In this document: positions 47,109 through 58,889 of the stretch, in pieces
Layout: each line of letters starts with the position of its first letter
How positions within the stretch are numbered: the stretch's first letter is position 1
Origin: Podarcis melisellensis
Lineage: Eukaryota
DNA length: 64,000 nt
Strand: one strand, 5' to 3'
NCBI GenBank assembly: GCA_964234715.1
Contig: OZ174290.1
Made by a program: the position numbers and the translations under genes
The notes under the pieces: model-generated
What the model saw: only the letters and a program-made list of their open reading frames with translations
Databases searched by the model: none
What the model was told of the DNA's origin: nothing

Positions 47109-47749
47109 AACCTTAGTGTGTTACAATACTTGTGATGCATTAGTACCACTGTGTATCTTGGGGGTTATGAATGGGGAGGTCAGAGTGATGGTGCTGAGTT
47201 GAGAACAAGAGGAGGAGGAAAGTGGCAGTACATTCACTGTAACACATTTTTCAAGGGCAGCAATTGCTTTGATTTCAAAATCCCCCCCAAACAGAAACAG
47301 ATGAGAAGAAGCTCAGAAGCATGTGAGGTTGTTGTGGAGGTACTTTGGGATGCTGGTTGTTAACACCATGACAGTTTGGATAACAGGTTCACTGGCTCCC
47401 TTTTCAATTCTCCTGACATGTCAGTTTTGCTCAAGGGAAGCTGGGTATTAAAAGCTCAGTGATGCTCCATAAATTCTTCTGGGGAAATGTGAGGAGACTG
47501 TATATTTTCATTCCTCTGCTGGAGAATCCTGGCGGGATACATCAAGATGCATTTGGGAAGGTGCACATCTGGAGATGGGGTCATAGCCTAGCAGGAGAGG
47601 ACATGCTTTGCAAGCCAAAGGTTCCAGGTTCAATTCATGGTAAGTCCAGTTAAAAGAATCTCTGGTGGAAGATCTTAGAAACTTGAGAGGCAATGGCCTT
47701 ACGCAGTGCAAGGCAATGTAATTTGTAGTGTAAGTGTTTAGTGTGGAAT

Positions 47750-47882
47750 ACCCAACATGGTGTTCTCCAGATGTTTCTGGACTGTGACTCCCAGAATCAC
47801 CAACTACTAGTCATGCTGGCAGGGGCTGATGGGAGTTGGAGTCCAGCAGCTCCAGAAGGCACCGGATTGGGGAAGGTTGCCT
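47750..47882. mobile_element. degenerate palindromic hAT-type MITE
   Basis: CCCAACATGGTGTTCTCCAGATG..GGACT..GACTCCCA / GATGGGAGTTGGAGTCCAGCAGCTCCAGAAGGCACCGGATTGGG. Confidence 0.7.
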
Positions 47883-48481
47883 TAATGCATTGTTGTGTTG
47901 CATAGGAATTGAGCGTGACAAATAGTTAAGTCTTCCCTTCCCGCGCTTCACTTTTTTGTTCTTTTCTCCTGAGATAGATGCCACAGAAGAGAGAGAAGTA
48001 AACATGACAAAATGTCATTCAGGGTGGGAAAGAGGTCAGATTCTGGTGAAAGATAGTGCCAGTTATACAGAGCATGCTGTTTTGCCCTCAAGGGAATGGC
48101 CTTATCAAAAGCCTTGAGGATAATTCATTTACTTTCATGTCAGTGATGGTGGGATGGAATCCCCAGACTGTAGCAACTGGGTGAAGGAATGTGACCCTTG
48201 TTATTGGTTTCCAGGTGTATTTGAGAGAGTAACTGAATGGCAGCTTGCTGAACTGCCTCCTTTGATTAGGCCTATCAACATTAGTTTTTCTCTTTATGTC
48301 CCACCTCTCTTGTTATTATGTTTGAGCCAATGTTGTTACCATATTGGTGCACTCTTTTGTGTGTTAAGGCTTCCAAATGTGGTGCCTGGATCTTAGGCTC
48401 TTTTGGGTTTCCTAAAAAAAGTTCAACAACTTCTTGAAATATGGCAACCCTAGTGTGTATAAACCTCAAGGCCACAAAATC

Positions 48482-48484
<3 letters not shown>

Positions 48485-48526
<42 letters not shown>
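48485..48526. repeat. (AC)n microsatellite
   Basis: directly visible. Confidence 0.97.
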
Positions 48527-48528
<2 letters not shown>

Positions 48529-50499
48529 CCAATATTCATAGATGGATTCTCATCATAAGATAGTCACAAAGTGTTTTATGCAACAATCAATAAAACTATC
48601 AGTCAAAATAATAAGGTATTTTAAAGCATAATAAACAGGCACAGTCCAACTTACTTGAGCTACCATTGGAACTACAAAGGTCTTTGTCAAGTACCTTCCT
48701 ATGAAGGTGAGGACATCCTGGAGTTTTCAGGACATGTGGGCACACAGGAAGGTTGCAGAACACCAGTTATATTATTCATAAAATGAAAGAAAAGACACTC
48801 CCAAACACCCCTTGGGCACCTTAAAAGTAAGGCAAGCGGAACAAAACCTCTGCATCCCATCCTTGATAAATTCACACACAAAAATCTTGTTTTCATAATT
48901 TTTGAATGCAATTTCTCATGAATTAAAGGAGATTGGTTAAAAAAAAATTAATCAGAATAAATGTTCCACACAGCACAGCTAGGTGGCAGCTGTTTCTTGA
49001 ATGTCTGCTTTGGAAACAATGCGAGTAGTAAAGTGGGCTCTTAATTTTGATGGGCCACCACAGAGCCATTTCCTGTGGTAGCACCATATCGTAGACTCAC
49101 TCACAGCTAAACTGTGGGTGCCTTCCAAGGGAATGGAGAATATCTGTGCTCACTGTGCTATCTTCCAGGGCCATTCGGCAAACGTGTCTCCCTTCTGTCA
49201 TCCAAGTATCTCACTGGTGGGAGAAAGAGAGCTATGCTCAAGTAGCCTCTCAAAATTTTCCACCCTCTTTGTACACCATTGCTGTTTTTTGGGGGGCTTT
49301 TCTTCAGGAAACATTTTGCCAAAATTACCCAGGGAAATTTGGAATTCCCCAACTGTTTGTGCAGGGTGGGTCTCTCCATTGGTAACAGAAGAAGCTTTTA
49401 CTTTCCTGCACCCCAACAGCAGCCTGACCCACAGTTTGGATCCATCACATGATTCAAGAGCATTGTGGAGGTGGAAGGAGGTGGGCAGCTGCCAGCAAAG
49501 GCACTGGAGAATATTATTACAAGCCACTCCAATCTCTGCCGAGTGGTAGCAAGATTCCAGGGGTCTTGGCAATTAACCAGGGTTTGTGTTTCTTCGGAAT
49601 GAGGCACAGTGGAGAATTTAGTGTATTTAAGCAATATGGTTTGTTCACACATATTTACACTTGAGTTTTATGTAATTACATCTCAAGAGGGGCTTGTCCT
49701 TCCCAGACGTGCAGCGTTGGCTCCAGCCAGCCAGTATGGCTGCTACCCTTCAGTTCTGCCCATTTCCTCCTTCTCCTTCCCAGCAACACTTGCAGAAAAC
49801 AGCTCCTCCTCTTCCTCTTCCAGCATCTCCTGTCTGGTCACCCTGGCCACCTCTGTTTCCCAAGCAAAAGGCAAATGCTTTATCATATTGCTCCCACTCT
49901 GAACCTGGGAATTGTAAGCACCAGCTATGGGTGAGAACCATTTTGAAATTCAGCCCCTCATTCCACCGAAACAAACAGACGTGAGAGAGAGGTGTAATTT
50001 CCTGAAAATCTCATTGTGGTGGTGATGACAGCCATACTATCCTTGGCCCTACAGTAAGCCTGTTTCCCACCGCCACCCCTATTAAAAGAATCTCTGAGTA
50101 TATAACATGCTCTTTGCAGAAAGGTTGGACATCCAGAAATGAAGTTCACTTTCACAAACAGAAGAGACAATCCAATTTGCTCTCAAACAGCCGCTTCATC
50201 AGTTTTCTCTGTGTGGATTGGTCTGTGGCTAACCACAAGGTTAAGTCTCCTTCCCCTCTGGTCTGTCAATTAATATAGTGGACTCTCGAGAAAAGGGAAG
50301 TTCATTGTAGTATAAGCAAAATGTCCATTGTGGTGGATGGAAGGTATGAGGAGACATGATCTGCACATTTCAGGAGACCATGGAGGTGCTATATGCCTCA
50401 ATGTTATACATGCACTGGGACATATTGCACCTGTCAGTGGGAATTCTTGTTGGCAGATGGAAGGGCAACTAGCCTCAAGGGCAATGTGCAGGTATGCCC

Positions 50500-50640
50500 C
50501 CCCCCCATCCTTCACTACATCTTTGAATACCAGCTGGTAAAACTCACATGCGGTGAGAGTGCTTGGGTCCTGTTTGTGCACTTTCCATGGGATTTGGTTG
50601 GCCACAAAACATTGGACAAGATGGTCAGTTGGCCTGGCCA
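50500..50640 (+). mobile_element. degenerate CR1 3' UTR fragment
   Basis: TTTGAATACCAGCTG...GGTCCTGTTTGTG..TTGGTTGGCCAC...TGGACAAGATGG..TTGGCCTG similar to 46615-46790. Confidence 0.6.
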
Positions 50641-51344
50641 CTAGATCCCCCCCTTTTTTTGCTGATATGTATGCAGTCAAACTCAGTATTCTTGTTCTTT
50701 TCCTTCTGTGGCTGAATGGAAGCCATCCATTTATCTGAGCAAATATGCAGAGGTTCATTTCAGGACATCGCTGTTCCTGCCCTTGGCATCCTAAGTGCTA
50801 GAGGGACAAGCAGAGACCATGGGGCAGATTGGTAGGTTTCACTGGCCACCTCTGACTTGCAGACGAGTAGTTTTGTGCCTCTTCCCTGTAGTGTGACAGG
50901 ATCCAAGATCCAGCTTTTAAAAACATATATTGATTTTAAATAACAACACCAACATTTTATATTAGCTCTCTGCATGGATTTATTCCTGTGCCATCTGAAA
51001 GTAAGACATTGAATCATTCACTTTCATACCTGGAGATCCATGGCTGACTAGACTCGAGGAAGTTGGAGACCACAGTAAGGATGCTTATTCATCTTGGGAG
51101 ATTGTGCTTCAGTCCAGATATTGATTCATATCCAATGGTAGTCCTGCAAATAGTACACCCATTGACATCAATGGGCTTATGTTACTCATGCCCACTGATT
51201 TCAGTGGGTATACTCTGGATAGTCTTTAAACTTCAGAAAGAAGAAAGTAGGGGGTGGGGGGGGGAGAGAAGAGAAGGAGGGAGAATTCTCACCCAACACA
51301 AACATCCACACCAGTGCTTACATAGACTTTGGAAAGTTATACAA

Positions 51345-51558
51345 ACATTTATTTATTATTGCATTTATATCTCACCTTTCCTCCAAGCAGCTCCAGGGGG
51401 TGCACACACTTTTCCACCTCCCTGTTTCATCCTCACAACTACCCATTGAGGTAGGTTAGGCTGAGAGACTGTGACTGGCCAAGCTTTATGGCTGAGTGTA
51501 GATTTGGGCACTGGGCTCCCAGGTCCTAATCCAATATTCTAACCTCTATGCTACACTG
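51345..51558 (-). mobile_element. MIR/Squam3-type SINE
   Basis: ATCCTCACAACTACCC..TGAGGTAGGTTAGGCTGAGAGACTGTGACTGGCCAAG...TAACCTCTATGCTACACTG. Confidence 0.8.
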
Positions 51559-51823
51559 ATTATCCTATTCCAGAGCAGATGGTACTCTATAAGATCCAAG
51601 TGCAACCTAGATGGGAAGACAAGATGAAATAAAGTGGCCAAAGCAAAACAAACAAAAAAAAAAACAAAAATCCCTCCAGGGTGCTAAATATTACAGTCAT
51701 AGGGACCAGTGAGCTGTTGAAACAAACAGGACTAATTTGAGAGCTGTTGTATTGGAAATACACACCTTAACTAATGGTTCAAAAGGGTTGCCAGAAATCT
51801 TGTACTGGGAGAATGGGGTACAT

Positions 51824-51826
<3 letters not shown>

Positions 51827-51860
<34 letters not shown>
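51827..51860. repeat. (AC)n microsatellite
   Basis: directly visible. Confidence 0.95.
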
Positions 51861-51865
<5 letters not shown>

Positions 51866-53703
51866 GCCTGTAGCCTGTGGAAGTGGGGCAGGAAAGGGAC
51901 ACTCCACTGTCTTGTAAGTGAGGGACAGGGACATGAGCTTGCTCTCACATGCTCTTGGAGCAGAGAGCAAGCCGTTAGGCTGCATTGTAATTTGCCATCC
52001 TTTGTTCATAGAAATGGCATTAGGAACAAATGCTTTGTATGAAAGATTTCGCATAGAGAAGCACATTTCTTCTTCTGTGATCTTCTAATCTTGGTTAGCA
52101 TTTTGGAAAATATCACCAGGAGTTAAATAATGTCTCTGGTTTAAAAACAAAACATTTGCAAAGTGCAAATTATGCATTTTGTGAATTTGCATGTTTTTTG
52201 CTGAGCCCGATCCTTGATTTCCACCTACAACATGCCCAGGGTTGCCCTGCATGAGAACAGGATTTGTTGCCATTGCTGTTTTGGCTGCAGCCTGCTTCTC
52301 CCTTGCCCTGACATCATCTGCATGGGAGCCACATCCAACAACAGCAGTAGCACAAGCTTTCCCATCAGCTCCATCTAAAGAACTGCCAATCTGGGCTCAT
52401 CTTGCATGTCCATTGACCCAGATATATGTGGTCCTGCCTGTTTTGGATTCCTGATGCTTCCAACCCCGCTCTTCATGGATGTTCTCATCTCATTCCAAAG
52501 CGCAAGCCTCCTGTCCATAAACAAGAGTCTCAGTCTGTCACTGGGCATTCACTGGTCAGCTTCGGGTCTCATTCAGTGTGTTAAAAAAATACCTGGCACA
52601 ACGAGCTTGTGCATTATAGCAATGGCTGCATTAAGCAGACAGAAAAATGAGCCAAGCCAACCTTCACCATCTGTGGCTTGTGCTGGGCATCTTTTCCTGA
52701 TATTGTCTGTCTGTCTGTCTGTCTGTCTGCCTGCCTGCCTCTTTCTCTCTCTTTCTCTTGGGTTAGCATTTTGTGATGAAAATAACCATAATAAAAGGGG
52801 AATTAAGACAAGCAGGCAAACATCAAATGAGCTGCGGCTTGAGCGTCTGTGCTTGATTTTCATCTTCCGTATCAGGGCCGTGTCATTCCACTCTAATGGC
52901 ATCTCCCTCTTCTTTTTCTTGTTCTTCACCAGAGCCCTTTGTGGTGGTCATAAATAAATGCAAGCAGCTGAAAGGGGCGATAACAAAGGAAATGTGGAAC
53001 AGAGGTCTTTATTGTGGTTTAGACAAAACTGCCATGACTATTAAAAAGGGAGATTGGAGGAGAGCAATAATAAAAAAAAGACCACCATGCTATTGTGCAG
53101 CTGCCTTGTTCATGTCAGCATAAGATCTGGCTGCAGTTGGCTGGCAGGTTGTCTGGATAAACAGATTTGGGGGCAGGACAGATATTTTGTGATGGTGACT
53201 TCGAGTACTACGCCCAAGCTGAGGAGCAGCAGAAGTATTGTCAAGGACATAGGAGGCTCTATAAATCAGGGCAGGGCAGGGTTCTTTGTGTGTGTGTTTG
53301 TGTGTTCTGTCTAAAAAGTCTTATCTCCCAGTTCGTCCAGGCAATTTTTGAGGCCTCTCCAGTGCATTGCCTTCCCCTTATCACAGCACCACAGCTTTGA
53401 ACGCAGACAGATACCCTTTAATGGAAGCAACAGCAGGAGTCTCTCTCTCTCTCCCCCCCACCCTTTGTAACTGCCAGCTTATAATTTACTTGCACACCCT
53501 CTGGCATCAACACATCTATCAGTGTGTTGTCGATGTTGTTTTAGGAAAGACTGCAGTATGTGCATGTGTGTCCCTTTCCTCAGATTCCAAGGGTTTCTTT
53601 CTTAAATCCATCTGGGATCCTTTGCAAAATTTTATGGGTGATTCTCAGATGACACACAATAGAGGACAATTTGTGTCTGAGAAGTGAGACCGTTCCTTTA
53701 GAG

Positions 53704-53839
53704 CAGGCATGGCCAAACTTGGCCCTTCAGATGTTTTGGGACTACAACTCCCATCATCCCTAGCTAACAGGACCAGTGGTCAGGGATGATGGGAATTGTA
53801 GTCCCAAAACATCTGGAGGGCCAAGTTTGGTCATGCCTG
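53704..53839. mobile_element. young palindromic hAT MITE (136 bp)
   Basis: ~58-bp near-perfect inverted arms CAGGCATGGCCAAACTTGGCCC... / ...GGGCCAAGTTTGGTCATGCCTG; perfect TSD CTTTAGAG (53696-53703, 53840-53847). Confidence 0.95.
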
Positions 53840-53847
53840 CTTTAGAG

Positions 53848-54048
53848 GGAGGGCCAAAACCTAGTGGTAGTGCATCTGCTTTGCATCCAGAACGTCCCAG
53901 GTTCAGCTCCCAATGCCATTTCCAGGTAGGGCTGGCAATGTCCCTTGCCTGAAACCTCAGAGAGCTGCTGTCAGCCAGTGTAGATGATACTGAGCTGGAT
54001 GGATCAATTGGTCTAACTAACTCAGTATAAGGCAGCTTCCTATGTTAC
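53848..54048 (+). mobile_element. tRNA-derived SINE with CR1-like tail
   Basis: AGTGGTAG.GCATCTGCTTTGCAT.CAGAA.GTCCCAGGTTCA...ACTCAGTATAAGGCAGCTTCCTATG. Confidence 0.85.
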
Positions 54049-54082
54049 TATCATATTCTTGGAGGGGGACTATTGTTTGACT

Positions 54083-54785
54083 ACTATTGTTGTTGGCATC
54101 CGTCTGTCTCAGAAGACAATGGAATGCGCCTCCAAGGGTGATGTCAAACTGCTGCATTAGCAGCACTGAAGTGAGCTCCGCAAGGCACAAGCCTGGACAG
54201 TGTGTATGAAGGTGCTGGGCTGCCCAGACCCTCCTCTCAGTTTCCTTGATGTGGTCCAAAGGAAAGCTGAGCAATATATTTGGCACCAGCTTGGCATCAG
54301 GAGTTGCCAGAAGGAGGCGTACAAGGTGTCATCCAACCATCTTAGGGGTTTCTGTAGGGTTTACTCCTTAGCTTTTTTTTCTTCTCCTGAAGATACCCCA
54401 CAAGGCAGTGGAGGTTTAGGATCAGAGTTTTCCTTTCCCTGATGGTTGACAAGCCCCACTTGCCCCTCACTTCCCCCTACAGCACATGCAGAAACTGCCT
54501 TATTGATCGTTGGACCAAATGTTGGTCTTGTCCGCTCAATCCACTGGAGCCTGTCTTCGCATGCGGGGGAAGTCCATAACTCAATGAGGGTTTGAGACCC
54601 ATGGGCTACCCTCACCTGGTTTAGCTGACCAGTTGAAGCTGTTTCCTGGGATGTGGCCACTGTCTCAGACTGACAACTTCTAGGAGCCACAGGTGAGAGC
54701 TGAGTACAGGGTGAGGACAACATGTGGACAAACTACCCCAGAAAGAACACAGCGTGTCCCCCATCATAGTTACCATCCCTCCTCT
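54083..54785 (-). mobile_element. non-autonomous bipartite RTE-clade derivative (5' UTR + 3' terminus)
   Basis: minus-strand 3' end CCATTGTCTTCTGAGACAGACGGATGCC + (AAC)n typical of RTE-1-type LINEs, joined to non-coding 5'-UTR-like sequence (GCTAAACCAGGTGAGGGTAGCC; GGAAAACTCTGATCCTAAACCTCC); no RT coding remnant. Confidence 0.6.
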
Positions 54786-55787
54786 AACATCCCGTACATT
54801 CCATACATAGTAGTATTGTACTGTGTAGGAATTGAGACCCATGAAATAGAGTACTGGTTGATGAATAATATTTCCTTCTAACATATGTACACATTACATG
54901 GAATTGGGGCATGCATGTTCATTCAAGTACGCAGGCACATCCTTCTCCAAGAAATGTCACCAGGAGGATATTGTTTGTTTGTTTGTTTGTTTGGATTTGA
55001 CTTAAAATTTCATAGAACTTTTCGCTCAGGCTTTAAAAACGACAAAATTTATTCTGAATTTGCTCTAGGGGAAATCTGGTGTCAATTTATGGAAAAAAAA
55101 TCTCAAAAGATGTCGGCCTTATTGGAGCTTACTTGGCTTCTCCCCAAATTCCTTACATATTTTTGCACTTATGAGTTCATTTTTGGAGAAAGCAAAGTGA
55201 CAGCCTAGGATATGCAGAAATCCCCCAAGAAATTATTTTAGCTTGTCTTAGAATCCTTTGGCTGTTTCGCTGAAGGAAGAACCCACAGTTTTACTTAAAA
55301 TGTTGCTTCAGGTGAAAATCAATTGCCAACTCTTAATACACAGTCATTCCTGAGCTCAAGACTGAATTTGGAATTTGGATGGAAGCATCTTTTGAAATAT
55401 ACTACAAAAGTCATGGAAATTGTGAAGCAAGGACTTGCATGTTATCCTTTTACAAGAATATATCTGCTTAAATTCTGATGTGGTCCCAAAAATACGAAGG
55501 AAACACATTTTCTGGATACAGATCAACTGAATTCAAAGTGGATAAGACCACCCACTGGAGTCTTCAATATTTTACTAAAAAAAATTCACCACTACCCTCA
55601 ACCTCTTGATATAATTGCACTGGCCATGATGAAGATCTCAATCACCTCTGCCGTAAGTGATAACAAAAGTTTTTAAAAGGAGGCGGGGAAATAAACAATT
55701 TCCCAGCCACCTGGGATACATGAGTGTACCCCAAAACAGTGTTTTCAAAAATGCACCCAATACTACCCCTATTTTCATGACATCCAC

Positions 55788-55838
55788 CGTGTGTGTGTGT
55801 GTGTGTGTACGCACGCACGCACGCACACACACACACGC
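55788..55838. repeat. alternating purine-pyrimidine tract (GT)n-(ACGC)n-(AC)n
   Basis: directly visible. Confidence 0.9.
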
Positions 55839-57958
55839 CTGTAGGTCTGTCTCTTTTCTGTTGTGGCTTCTTCTCCAAGACCTTACCTTTTTGCCTATAG
55901 TTATGTTTCACCTGACATTTGGTGACATCTTTACTTGGAGGCATACCTATGGTAGAAACCTCATTAAGGTTTAACAAGGCTTAAGGCTGGTTAAGATAGC
56001 TAAGGTCCTGCAGGATCTGGTGTCGTGTGTGCATGGCATTCATAACTTGCCAATTAAGGTGTCCAAATGCCCTGTCTACCTCTGTACCTTCTGGCTGTGG
56101 CAGCCATCAAGAGCCAAGTAACTGTCCGTCTCACTCTCTCATTCGGTTTGCTTACTTAAGGTTGCTTATCACTGTCTGTCCTTGCCTCTTTCCATCTCCT
56201 CCTCTCAGCAGCGAGTGACTCTTCAGCACCTTGGTCAGCTCCTCCCCACCAAGTTGCCACCAGCAGCCTTCCTCGGCAGATGGCTCCTTTCACCACCGCC
56301 TTCCACCACCAGCTATTGCTTGTGCCTTCTGGCCAGAACCGCATGTTGCATTGGCTGGTGAGCGGCTCTCACCTGTAAACATTCAAAGCAAGCTTAATAG
56401 CCTTCTCCTCTTTGCCTCACTGGGCTGTGACTGAAAGGGAAGAGGAGAGCTGTGTGCGCCGTTAATTGCTTCGGCCTGTAATTCCCAAATGACAAAAAAG
56501 ATTAAAAGGGAAGGAAAACAGCTATTATATCTCTTTCTTGAAAAAAAGGGGGGTAGAAGGCTTGTGGTCGCACATGGCTCATTAACATCATTAGTGTTTC
56601 ATTAACCTCTAGCCAGACAAATAAGCTGGAAGTAATTTAACAGTGCAAGGAGGGTGTGTGGGGTGGAAGGAGAGGAGAGAAATTAGAAATTACCCTTCTG
56701 TAGGTGACATTCTCCTGCTCCGAGCCTCCCCCCATTTTGATTTGAAGGGAACATCCCATTCCTGCTCGGAAGAGGAGCCAAGCATTCTGATGACGGCTGA
56801 AAGGTGGTGATGAGCAGGGGAAAGCTATTGATTGTGATGAAATGAAATTCACTTTTAACACAACAACATCTGTAATCTTGAAAAGGAAACACGATGCTTG
56901 CAATGCCGCCTTGAAAAGAAAGCGTTGCCTGCTCTAAAATGACTTCCTTTGTTTGAATAATAATAAAAAAAGCTTTTCTTCCTCCGCATACAGATTTTCT
57001 CTCTCTCTATGTGATTTTTATCTCCCCTTCCAAAAAAACTTTTATGCACCTTCTTGCCCTACCCTCTGCCCTCAAACCCTGCACACAATATCTCTTACAG
57101 CATGACAAATTGTCAAATGTAAGTCAGCTTTTTATTCTCCTTTTTTTGCCTTAACGAGATCCTTTTCCATATGAAAAGAGACTTTGTCAACCAAAGTTTA
57201 GTCTTCAGAATGTGGACTTTATGAATGCAGAGGGAGGGGGAGGGAGATGGTAAGTCACGTATAATGGACCAAAATGACTGTGATTTTTATTATTGTAGAC
57301 GATCAAAGCCTTGTTCAGCCAACAATAAGCAGTAGGGAGTTTAGCTGTTTGCTTACTTACCTGGCACTCCTCCGTGGAAGGGATGCAAGTCTAACAGTGC
57401 ATGCATTATACCTGTGGAGAGCAAGCAAAGTCTTTCAAATGGAGCATCGGTTTTGTACCCAGGATTCCTGAGTTCAAAAACTAGCTCCTTAATCTGAAAT
57501 GGTTGCAGGGCATCTTCTGACATCTCATGATGCAGTAACATCACTGAAACGAAGCAGTTTTGGATAGGAAAAGAATAGATTGGTCTGTTTCTCTTCTATC
57601 ACAGTGTTACGTGTGTTCATTAGTCAGTCCCTTCTATCAAATTTGTGCATTGATCTTTTTTTTTTAAAAAAAAGTATGAAAATTCATATTGTAATACATA
57701 GTTAATTTATTGTCAATATGTCTATCTTGCCCTTTCTTGCTAAGAAATCCCAGGGCAGGGTGCAAAATAAGACAGATGCAATAAAACCAATGGGGATAAT
57801 GTTATATTGCATAAATATTGGAAATATGGCTTCCTTCCCTTCTGAGTTTTAAGATCAGCTTTTAGAGTCCCTCCAGGTAGTTCCATCACCATCAGAACCT
57901 TAAGGGTGGTAGTGGTGCGAGACAGGGCATTTTGTGTGATGGCTCCTAAGTTGAAACA

Positions 57959-58025
57959 AAATAAAATAAAAAATCCTTCCAGTACCACCTTAGAGACCAA
58001 CTAAGTTTGTTATTGGTATGAGCTT
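57959..58025. mobile_element. Penelope-like element terminal fragment
   Basis: CCAGTA.CACCTTAGAGACCAACTAAGTTTGTT.TTGGTATGAGCTT, recalled as the squamate Penelope pLTR end; truncated before the hammerhead core. Confidence 0.6.
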
Positions 58026-58039
58026 ACCTAAGTTGTGTG

Positions 58040-58125
58040 TCATGGATGCTTTAGCTGAGATTCCTGCATTGCAGGGAGTTGGACTAGAGAACCCTTGGGT
58101 CCCTTCCATATCTATGATTCTAAGA
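58040..58125 (+). mobile_element. CR1 extreme 3' tail
   Basis: GATGCTTTAGCTGAGATTCCTGCATTGCAGGG.GTTGGACTAGA...CTATGATTCTAAGAT. Confidence 0.85.
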
Positions 58126-58302
58126 TACTTCACTGTACAGTTTTGGTTGAATGTGGAAGATCCACTTTACCCTCGTCTTTGACACCCAAGTTGCATATTT
58201 TTAGGACCCACCCTATTGTGATTGCAATGTGTTTTAAACTATGTTTAATGCTGAATCTTAAGTTGTTAGGGCCTTGGAGTGAATGGCAGATCATTAACAC
58301 AT

Positions 58303-58490
58303 GGGAGCCAGTTTGCCATAGTGGTCTGAGTGTTGGACTGGGACCTGGGAGACCAGGGTTCAAATCCCCACTTGGCCATGAAGTTCACTTGTTGACCTTG
58401 GACCAACCACTGCCTCTCAGCCTTAATCTGCTTCACAGGGTTGTTGGGATGAAATGAGATGGGGGAGAACCATGCACACCACATTGAGCA
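58303..58490 (+). mobile_element. MIR/Squam3-type SINE
   Basis: GGGAGCCAG...TAGTGG..GAGTGTTGGACTGGGACCTGGGAGACCAGGGTTCAAATCCC...GACCTTGG..CA..CTCTCAGCCT. Confidence 0.85.
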
Positions 58491-58514
58491 CATTGAGAGA
58501 AAACAACTTTACCC

Positions 58515-58842
58515 CTACTGGATTACTGTGTTCAGTTCTGCACACCTCAATTTAAGAAGGTTACTGACAAGTTGTAACACATGCAGAGGAGGACAACCAA
58601 GGTGATCAAGTGTATGGGAACCAAGCCTTCTGAGGAATGGTATGGGCATGTTTAGCCTGGATAAGAGGAGATATGATAGCCATCTTCAAATATCAAAAGG
58701 GTTGCTGGGGGGACGATGGAGCAAGTTTGTCTTCTCCTGTTCTGGAGGGTAGGACCTGAACCAATGGCTTTAAGTTAAAAGAAAGGAGATTCTGACTAAG
58801 CATCAAGAAAAAATTTCTGACACTAAGAGCTGTTTGACAGTG

Positions 58843-58889
<47 letters not shown>

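Noticed and set aside
49609-49984. Ser-rich ORFs as a possible coding exon
   Set aside because: Low-complexity CT-rich sequence, no recognisable domain, no convincing splice sites
57959-58035. Penelope-associated hammerhead ribozyme
   Set aside because: The fragment ends at GGTATGAGCTT, before the catalytic core; other CTGATGA hits (e.g. ~5257, 9594, 20489, 45319, 60168) lack the required stems and GAAA placement
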